Assembly (NCBI GenBank): GCA_016748015.1
Contig: JAAOMT010000330.1
Span: 1 to 6,791 of the forward strand
Direction of reading: 5' to 3'
Origin: Geosiphon pyriformis uo1
Lineage: Eukaryota; Fungi; Glomeromycota
Length of the DNA: 6,791 bases
Positions 1 to 6,791 of this stretch are shown here, piece by piece. The notes under the pieces were generated by a model. That model saw nothing but the letters and a program-made list of their open reading frames with translations, was not told the DNA's origin and did no database searches. The position numbers and the translations under genes are program-made. Numbering within the stretch: position 1 is the stretch's first letter; each line of letters opens with the position of its first letter.

Positions 1-320
1 AAATCCAATACTGCAACCAATGAAAGTCCAATACATTGGCAAACTCACAGAACTGAAATTTCAACAATTTTCAGACCAGATTACTTCAATTATTTTAGAT
101 CATTATTTCAATATTACAGATAGTGCTTGGACTTTGACGGAGCTTAGTCTTGAGGAGTAGATTATGTTACCAGTAGAATTTTAGCTATTAATTAGCATAA
201 AAATTACCCTTATAATTCCTATAATTCATTAGTATATTAATATCATTTCAAATTATCATTTATTATTTAATCAATTATCACATATCACGATTCAATTAAA
301 ATAATCTAATTAGTATAACA
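1..320 (+). mobile_element. 3' end of an LTR retrotransposon: internal region, polypurine tract (152-161) and short 3' LTR (165 to about 320)
   Basis: A frame-1 remnant ends at TAG 145-147. GAGGAGTAGA follows, then TGTTAC at 165-170. A candidate LTR end TATAACA (TGTAACA with one G>A) is at 314-320. Confidence 0.5.
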
Positions 321-514
321 GAAAGTAGGATGATCAAATTACACAATACCCTGAACTTTGTAATATTCAAAAATTTACAGAAATTTGCCGAAATTATGAA
401 TAGTTCACTCAAATTAATTAATAGTTTAGCGAAATAACTTGTAGTTCATCAAAATGTATCTTTAGTTCGCCGAAATTTGAGCAAAGAGAAAAAGTGCAAG
501 TTCATAGACTAGTA
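321..514. mobile_element. Possible DNA-transposon end with subterminal repeats
   Basis: Degenerate (T)AGTTCGCCGAAAT motif at 381, 401, 422, 442 and 463, a partial copy at 498 and an inverted partial copy (TGAACT) at 352. The segment ends in GACTAGTA (507-514). Confidence 0.4.
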
Positions 515-516
515 CT

Positions 517-1128
517 ACAACAAGTTGTATAAAAGAAGAGCTTTTCTTTTCTGGAAAATGTATCTTACTTTAGATTTATCTCTTGAAACCATTCCTATAC
601 ACACAAAAAGAAATAAATATCAAATAATTCAAAAAAACCAAATTCTTTAATTATTGTACTTGGAAAATCACCAAAACCCAACTAACATTTCGAAATTGAT
701 TAGCTACCAATTTCAGTAAACTGTTAGTGACTCCAGGTCTGGATAGAAAACGTTTCTCTTGACAAAATTCTATTTCTTTTACATTTCTTTTATTTTTTTT
801 TCTTTTCTTATTACAATTATTAAGGTAGCCTACAGATAAAATTCTGGTAGAAGAGTTGACTTTCACAGCAAAGTAACTATATATTTTAGTGAGCTTCCAG
901 ACGAGCAATTCCTGGAAAAGCATTGATGTTTACTACAATATAACTACATAAAATAACTGGCACAGAATTGGCCATTTCACTTATAAGCCCAGCAGTTCAA
1001 ATTATAGGAGATAATTTGAAGATAAATTCAGTTATTAGAGGTTCAACTACTTCCTGAGAATGTGAATTCACAGCAAATCAATATTATCAACATTTAAGAA
1101 AAGAGACCAAAACCTCCGATAACAGCAT
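517..1128 (-). pseudogene. Possible decayed retroelement ORF (gag N-terminus or accessory type)
   Basis: From ATG 1128: MLLSEVLVSFLKC**Y*FAVNSHSQEVVEPLITEFIFKLSPII*TAGLISEMANSVPV..RLP**L**EKKKK*KKCKRNR. The purine-rich stretch back-mutates to a QQLQQ/E-R-rich coiled coil. It has many stops and no diagnostic motif. Confidence 0.25.
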
Positions 1129-1553
1129 TTATATATTTACACTATTAATAAATATACTTATTGGTTATATCAACTTAATTATTCACTATTAACATTTCAT
1201 GTTAATAATAACTGATATCTGATTACACTAGAACAATAGCTTTTAATTATGGTTATTGACAGAATACTAATTTGTCTTGGCTTAATTACTTTATTTTCTT
1301 TATTTTTTTTATTTTTTCTTTTATCTTGTTTTGTTATTTACTAAAATTGAATAAGGATTAAGTACTGAATGGTTGATGTCAAAAGACTGGTAAAAGACCT
1401 GGGAACAAAGATAAAAACTCATCAAATTGAGAATAACTTACCAGGAGATTACTGGTCACTATGCTGAAAAAAAAATTTGATAGAATTATGATTCTGGGAG
1501 GCTATTGAAAACAACCATTGAATCTTTGTCTATTATACAAAAGACTCAAATCT

Positions 1554-1614
1554 AAAACCTTTAGATTGACAAAACCTTTAGATTGACAAAACTTTCAGAT
1601 TAACAAAACCTTCA
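1554..1614. repeat. 17-bp tandem repeat, about 3.6 copies
   Basis: aaaacctttagattgac (1554), aaaacctttagattgac (1571), aaaactttcagattaac (1588), aaaaccttca (1605). Confidence 0.95.
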
Positions 1615-1707
1615 AAAATTACCAAATATTACCAATCAAATTAGTAATTGAGCACCAAGTTATGGATTTGTTATTTGATTTGTGACCCCAAATAATCATC
1701 TGTAACA

Positions 1708-2766
1708 TTATTTACTATATATGCTCTTAGAAATAAAACTGAATTGGATTTTGTAACTAATAATAAGATGTAACACTACTAAAACCAAATAAAAAAGCTG
1801 TTTATCTAAAATAGATTTTTTCAAGACCACATTAGCAAAAAACTTGACATCTGAGTGTGTTTTTATTAAGCTAAGCTTGAACATATCCTCAAAAGACAAA
1901 AAAATACCAAAATACTTATGAAATTTTCCCTTTTATGCAATTAATATTAACAGATTACTTATTAACAATAAGATATTCTTAACTTTCTAGTTAATAAAAA
2001 TGGCTACCATTTTTTTATTATTAATTGAAATATTATTAAGCCTAAAAAAATCACTTGTAATATCCAAAATATACTAAGTAACAGTCTAACTATTCTTTAC
2101 TCAAATTGTGTTATTAACAAAAGTTTTAGCAGCCAAATATAAAGTCAACTTATTCTGGACTTCTATTCTATCAGTTTTGGCAACAAACTTAGTATCAATG
2201 TGGTAATCACACAGGCTTTTGTGTCTCTTAACTTCACACAAAAGAGGATCATAAAAGATTCTTCAGAGCAAAAGTGAAAAAATCTCATCTGATTCAGGCT
2301 ATCATATATATAATACTCATTAGTAAGCCCAAAATCTATTATAATCCAGTTTATCTTATCATTGTAAATGCTACCAAAACCTAACAAAGCATTTACATAT
2401 TTTAATTTAAACCAAACTGTTCTTAAGATGATATCAGCCAACTAAATTATATGCTTTTTGCATATTCTACAAAATTAACCAAAGTTCATAATCTTTTTTC
2501 AAAGCATCTTTAACAACCAAATCTACTACAAAAATAAAAGACTAAGTAATAGTGTCTTTTAATACAGAAAAATTATTATCATGCAGCACATCAAATTTGC
2601 TACATGCCAACAAAATTTTATCAAAGAACAACTTAGAAAGGATCTTTTGAACAGTCTTAATTAAGGCAATTGGTCTAATATTAGTCAAAATTTTCTTCTA
2701 CTTATAAGACTTAGGAATTATTAAAACCCAAGCTTTTTTTCAAAGACTAAGCACTAATTTATGTAC
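1708..2766 (-). pseudogene. Non-LTR reverse transcriptase domain (LINE ORF2), pseudogenised
   Basis: Translation reads VHKLVLSL*KKAWVLIIPK..NIRPIALIKTVQKILSK..L*NMQKAYNLVG*..SLNQ/EIFSLLL*RIFYDPLL..AAKTFVNNTI*..HKYFGIFL. Motifs: IPK 2710-2718, RPIAL 2662-2676, DxxKAYD as NMQKAYN 2446-2466, GxxQG..SP as SLNQ/EIFSL, FVDD as FVNN 2110-2121, YLG as KYFG 1906-1917. Frameshifts at about 2377 and 2288. Track ORFs 1708..1899 and 2163..2441 are pieces of it. Confidence 0.95.
2763..2766. repeat. Target-site duplication GTAC, left copy
   Basis: Identical 4-mer abutting the LTR start; partner at 3633-3636. Confidence 0.9.
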
Positions 2767-2863
2767 TGTTACAGTTTAAGAATTTAGCAAAAAGAATTAT
2801 AAAAATAATACAAACTATTCAATTATAATATAGCACAGTAATAATCTTAGAAAGGTAATGATT

Positions 2864-2955
2864 AACATAATAGCAAACACCATCTCACAATAGTGGCAAG
2901 CACCAGTTCACAATAGCAGTCAATACTAACTGGTGATAGCAGCAAACACCAGGTT
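2864..2955 (+). repeat. Four degenerate 22-24 bp tandem repeats in the U3-like part of the solo LTR
   Basis: Units: aacataatagcaaacaccatct / cacaatagtggcaagcaccagtt / cacaatagcagtcaatactaact / ggtgatagcagcaaacaccaggtt. Confidence 0.8.
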
Positions 2956-2997
2956 GAAATATCAAAAAGAAAGTATTTTCTCGTAGAACTACAAACA

Positions 2998-3009
2998 TGT
3001 ATATATACA
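2998..3009 (+). promoter_or_regulatory. Candidate LTR TATA box (palindrome TGTATATATACA)
   Basis: TATATATA inside a perfect 12-bp palindrome about 45 bp downstream of the U3-like repeats. Confidence 0.4.
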
Positions 3010-3632
3010 GTAGTTTTAATATTGGGAAAAAAACAATCAAGTAATAAAAATCATAATTTATCAAGCAATAGATCCAATTTTATCCAACAAACTCCACTTT
3101 AAATCATACTTTCAAATTAAATATTCCAAGAAACCTTTAAATCAAAAAAAAATGAAAAAGAATATTTAAAACTGAATTATCACAATCCAAAGTATTAAGA
3201 AACTTACTTGTATTATTTATTGAATAAAACTATTATTCATTAACTGAATCTCTTGGAAGAATAATCCTTGATCAAGATTATTCATATTGTTACTAATTGA
3301 TAAAAGCTTTATTGTAAGAATTAGAAAAAGCACTAAAGACCATTAACATTCTGTGTTTCTAGATTAGAGAAACACATTAGGCAATTGCAAGAATAGCCTC
3401 AGAGAAGACCCCAAACAGTGGGTAGATTTCAGTTCAGCCTCTGAGAAGGAGTACATAAACACACACAACAATCAGGAATTGAAAAATAACTTATATCGCA
3501 ACATTAAAAAAAAAGCCTTCAGTATAACAGTAACATTATCACACAAATAGAATTGAAGAACTCATGAAAGACTGATTGCAATTAAAACAGGACATCAGCA
3601 ATTAAATATAACAAGAAAATCATTCCGTAACA

Positions 3633-3636
3633 GTAC
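3633..3636. repeat. Target-site duplication GTAC, right copy
   Basis: Identical 4-mer abutting the LTR end; partner at 2763-2766. Confidence 0.9.
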
Positions 3637-5269
3637 CAAACAAAAATTCAAGAGATCTAAAAGCATTACAAGAACAGAACTATTACAATGTTTCTAAAGT
3701 TTATTGATAATATCAGACAAATAAGCAGTTTTTTTATCAAGCAAATCCTTAATTACTTGTAGCAGATTATCAAAAGTAATAGTATTTATAACCTTAAAAA
3801 AGGCAGCATTATTAACATAAGCCAGCAGTAAATATTGATGACTTTATTGGTTAGAAACCCCACTTATAATCAATTTTTTTTTGTTTAATTCTTTATTATT
3901 TTATTCACTTTAGATTTAACATTATTAGGATCCAGAATTAACTTATTATTTACTATTAGATAATTCAAAACCACTTTCTAAAAAAGATGCTTCAACACAT
4001 TTCTAATTGTGTAACTCTTGTTGACTGTGAAACTTTCCATCTGTTTATTAATAACTGACCTAATTTTTAACTCTTTAGCTTACAAAAATTCAGCAAACTT
4101 AAAGACACAATATAATTTCTTTACACTAAAAAAAGCTGAATGTATACTATCAAAATCCATACCAGAATTCAAAAAAGCCTGAACAGATGAAGTCTTATTA
4201 ATGTCCAAAAAAGTTCAGTAGGTTATCAAAAACTTAAATACACTATTAACATTCTTATACAAAGGTTTAACAATTCTTGAAACCAAAATTTCTAACTTAT
4301 AAAACCTAGAAGATATCTTGATAAAAATACTGTCAAAGTTCTTACACTATTTTTTCTTGAAAATTTCATTTGCTAAAAAACATATTACTTTACAAACTGT
4401 ATTCCATATAATATTCAAATTTGAAAATCTCTTAAACACAACAAACTTACCAGAAAACATTGCTGTATTAGCTGCTATAGACTTCTTAAACTTGCATTAC
4501 TTTGCTTTATCAGCACTTTTAATGTCAAACTTTCAACAATTCTTATTCACTTGTTTGCAAAAAAAGTTTAATTGTGTATTTAATAATTCACTTAAACTTA
4601 CAAACACAAAAACAACTTAGTAATTAGTGTCAAAATGTTTATTAACATTTAAAACATCATAATATACTACTGTATTAACCAAATTTGAAAAAACAACCAC
4701 ATAATTAATCATCTTTTTAGCACTTTTTGAATTTTTTTATGTAGAACTTTTTACAATCAAATTTCTTGACAAAAAATTGACCAACTTCAAATCAAGGCAT
4801 TTCTTAAAACTAACACATTTTTGCAAATTATCTTGATTGAAATTTCCACTCAAGATGACAAAAAAAGATTCATTCACAGTCTTTGCAATCAAAAAATTGA
4901 TCTTACCAACTTAAAACAAATATACAGCCAAAGTGGCATTAGTATATAGCCTCAAAATTGAACCAGATAACTTATTCTTAAAAAGCAGCTTAATAGACAA
5001 AAATCTATTAAAAACTTCCAAAATTTTGTATACATGTCTTGCCAAATCAATGTTTATAATAATTGCAACACCAGAACCCAGATAATCAGAATCCAATTTA
5101 GAAGTAAACACATATACACTAGCAAACTTGTCAGCAATTCATAGGTGGACTTTTTCCTTCAGCTTTGTTTTAGTAACTATTGAAATCAAATTGTTCATAT
5201 CTTTATGCCAACAAATAATATCCATTTGCTTAACAGAAACATTAATACTTCATATATTGGATTTGTCAT
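3633..5269 (-). pseudogene. AP (APE/EEP) endonuclease domain plus EN-RT linker of LINE ORF2, pseudogenised
   Basis: One frame runs from 5258 to about 3882. Motifs: NI*S (=NVRG) 5247-5258, TKTK (=xETK) 5163-5174, GVAI 5061-5072, ILSGNFN (=ILGGDFN) 4836-4856, T* (=TW) 4737-4742, INY (=IDY) 4701-4709, DTNY (=xS/TDH) 4620-4631. After a frameshift in the T9 run at 3874-3882 it continues QYLLLAY..DLLDKKTAYLSDIINKL*KH..LLNFCLV, the pre-RT KAxGxxGIxNE region. Track ORF 4911..5111 is a piece of it. Confidence 0.93.
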
Positions 5270-5585
5270 TAAAAAAAAAAGTATTTACACTTAAACTAAA
5301 ATTGTCTAATTTGGCCATTAAGTTTATAACTGTGTTTGATAAACTGTTCAAAGTTACTTCAAGTTTCAAAACAGCCAAAGAATCAAAACTCATCACTCTC
5401 ACAATAGTCTCATCACTAGTGGTTATACTCAAATTCTTACTTATTACAACAGGCTTCTTTGGTTTTTTATAAGATGCACTATATAAGCAAACACTCTTTA
5501 CTTATTTCTTTTTTACACTTGAACAGATCCTTAAACCAGCCAAGCTTGAACCAAAATTATCAACAAAAGTACTTACTGAATTCAT
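5266..5585 (-). pseudogene. LINE ORF1 remnant (about 105 codons, probably internally deleted)
   Basis: From ATG 5585: MNSVSTFVDNFGSSLAGLRICSSVKKK*VKSVCLYSASYKKPKKPVVISKNLSITTSDETIVRVMSFDSLAVLKLEVTLNSLSNTVINLMAKLDN. It has a basic N-terminus and a heptad-like C-terminus, lies directly upstream of the EN, and has one internal stop. Confidence 0.6.
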
Positions 5586-5720
5586 TATAACAAAAAAAGA
5601 TAAGCTAAAAGAAATAATTAAAAGAAATACAAAAGAGAAAAGAAAAAAAAATAACTAAAACTTCAAAAAAAAATTTTTTTGCTCTTATTATAGACAAAAG
5701 ATTGACAAAAAAAAGAGTTT

Positions 5721-6380
5721 TTCATATTAAATTTAATATAAAAATTTATTTTTAAATGTTTTTTGTTTATTGTTTTGGTATATTCTTTAAAATATTGTTA
5801 TAATTAAATAATATTATATTTTAATATAAGCAAAATTATAATTTATAAGTTTTTATTATGCTTAATAATTATAAAAATTTTAATTTGAATAAAATAATAT
5901 TAAATCAAATATTTAATTTTTTTACAAATTTGAAAATATAATAATAGTAAAACACCAAAATAATTACATAAGAAGAAAATACATAAATTTAAAACTATTA
6001 ATAAGTATAACTTATTTTTTTGGTTACTTTAACAAGTAAATTTTGTTTATAAACTTAAGTCTTTATTGATGTTTTTGTATTGTATAGTTGACTATTACAG
6101 GTTATGTTATTTAGTATAAACACTTTAAAAACATCAAATACTTTAAAATATAAAGGCTTTATAAATAAAAATATAATAATAATAAAAAATACATTATTAA
6201 ATAATCTATAATAAAATCTATAAACTAATGCATTTTTTTAAAAAATGGTTTAGAAATTTATTTTGTAGTTAAATTTTTTCTGTAAACATTTTAAATAGAA
6301 ACCAATAGTAAATAGAGTGAATTTTCAGCATTTAGACCAGTATTTACTAAAAGATTTTTAATACAAAATGCACTTTCAAT
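5721..6380. other. Extremely AT-rich, CpG-free low-complexity tract, probably terminally eroded repeat
   Basis: Long A/T runs, no CpG seen and no recognisable frame. Confidence 0.55.
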
Positions 6381-6384
6381 GGAA

Positions 6385-6580
6385 ACAACGGGTTTTTAAT
6401 TAAAAAAACACTCTAAACCAACAAACGTTTTTTTTTGCTTTTTTTTGGGAAAAAAACGCGTTCTGAAATGCCAAAGAATATTGTGGGAAGAACAGAGTTA
6501 TAAGGCAAATGGCACTCTTATATAAAAAAGGGAAAGCCTGGGAGCCTCTTAAATAACTTTAAGAGTCACTCTTAAAATAA
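6385..6580 (+). promoter_or_regulatory. Promoter-like region with retained CpGs
   Basis: Poly(dA:dT) tracts at 6428-6456, AACGCGTT (MCB-type ACGCGT) at 6455-6462, TATATAAA at 6519-6526, and an inverted repeat at 6558-6576. Confidence 0.35.
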
Positions 6581-6659
6581 AGTAATTTAAAATTGTTTCC
6601 TAATTGATGATTTATTATATAGTATCATGTGGTTTATTATTTTATTAATAAAATAACAA

Positions 6660-6674
6660 CCCCCCCCCCCCCCC
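6660..6674. repeat. C15 homopolymer (G15 on the minus strand)
   Basis: Direct count of 15 consecutive C. Confidence 0.95.
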
Positions 6675-6791
6675 AATATACTATGTCGAGAATTTCAGCA
6701 GTGGTGCAATATTTGATGTCTTTAGAGTGCTTGTTTAATTTTAAACAATTAGCAATATTTATTGTGTTCTTATAATAAAAACTTCGACAAT

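Larger units (their letters stand above)
515..1707 (-). mobile_element. Second LTR-retroelement fragment whose terminus (CTGTAACA, 1700-1707) interrupts the LINE
   Basis: On the minus strand it begins TGTTACAG, the same 8-mer that begins the solo LTR, exactly where the LINE RT reading stops (1708). Tandem repeats start about 95 bp inside. The right boundary is firm; the left boundary and orientation are inferred. Confidence 0.65.
2767..3632 (+). mobile_element. Solo LTR (866 bp) of an LTR retrotransposon, probably Ty3/Gypsy
   Basis: Ends are TGTTACAG (2767-2774) and CCGTAACA (3625-3632), a 7/8 inverted repeat with TG..CA termini. GTAC is duplicated at 2763-2766 and 3633-3636. Excision rejoins LINE codons TGT TTG GTA CAT AAA (CLVHK). 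Orientation is inferred from U3-like repeats followed by a TATA motif. Confidence 0.9.
1708..5720 (-). mobile_element. Degenerate APE-type non-LTR retrotransposon (LINE): 5'UTR, ORF1, endonuclease and RT; interrupted by a solo LTR (2767-3632) and cut at 1707
   Basis: Minus-strand translation through stops gives colinear ORF1-like, AP-endonuclease and non-LTR RT motifs. The 5' boundary (about 5720) is approximate: a pyrimidine-rich leader lies upstream of ATG 5585. Confidence 0.93.

Noticed and set aside
381-477. CRISPR-like repeat-spacer array
   Set aside because: Repeats are about 14 bp and degenerate, spacers are only 6-7 bp, there are no cas genes, and the context is eukaryotic.
651-923. 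Track ORF, 90 aa, minus strand
   Set aside because: No motif; the lysine run comes from an A-rich tract inside a decayed element.
1708-2766. Bacterial RT system (retron, DGR, group II intron)
   Set aside because: The upstream APE endonuclease, IPK/RPIAL/KAYD motifs and LTR nesting identify a eukaryotic LINE.
3633-3872. Plus-strand Gln-rich fossil ORF continuing past the LTR
   Set aside because: The minus strand here encodes the LINE pre-RT region. This shows that reading stops as Q/R can create false ORFs.
4318-4620. Track ORF, 100 aa, plus strand
   Set aside because: Antisense shadow of the LINE ORF2 frame.
5128-5472. Track ORF, 114 aa, plus strand, hydrophobic
   Set aside because: Antisense to LINE ORF1/EN; the hydrophobicity reflects AT-rich codons.
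1708-5585. Alternative genetic code or stop-codon reassignment making the LINE ORF functional
   Set aside because: All three stop types occur, at positions of different residues (W, R and probably Q). Catalytic D/E/H residues are also lost and there are frameshifts.
5699-5710. AGATTGACAAAA match to the 17-bp repeat unit at 1554-1614
   Set aside because: A short AT-rich match, probably chance.
6683-6775. 30-codon ORF MSRISAVVQYLMSLECLFNFKQLAIFIVFL
   Set aside because: Too short and featureless to support as a CDS from sequence alone.

Overview
This is AT-rich eukaryotic, probably fungal, repeat DNA with no intact protein-coding gene. All seven ORFs in the track are fragments or off-frame/antisense shadows of dead transposons. 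The backbone is a fossil APE-type non-LTR retrotransposon (LINE) on the minus strand. It has a short ORF1 (ATG 5585), an AP-endonuclease and linker (about 5258-3633) and a reverse transcriptase (2766-1708). An 866-bp solo LTR (2767-3632; TGTTAC..GTAACA ends; GTAC target duplication) splits it, and removing that LTR restores the reading frame. A second LTR terminus cuts the LINE at 1707. Positions 1-1707 look like further nested LTR and DNA-transposon pieces. The most striking property is the mutation pattern. Frames are nearly intact, yet the damaged EN/RT motif residues are changed almost entirely by C>T/G>A transitions on both strands, in CpG and non-CpG contexts, and I find no CpG in about 3 kb of LINE. 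This points to a RIP-like, broad-context repeat hypermutation process. CpG and a C15 run reappear after about 6385, with promoter-like motifs. From memory, not from a search, the LINE peptides resemble repeat-derived proteins of Glomeromycotina such as Geosiphon; the host assignment is inference. All translations and counts were done by hand.
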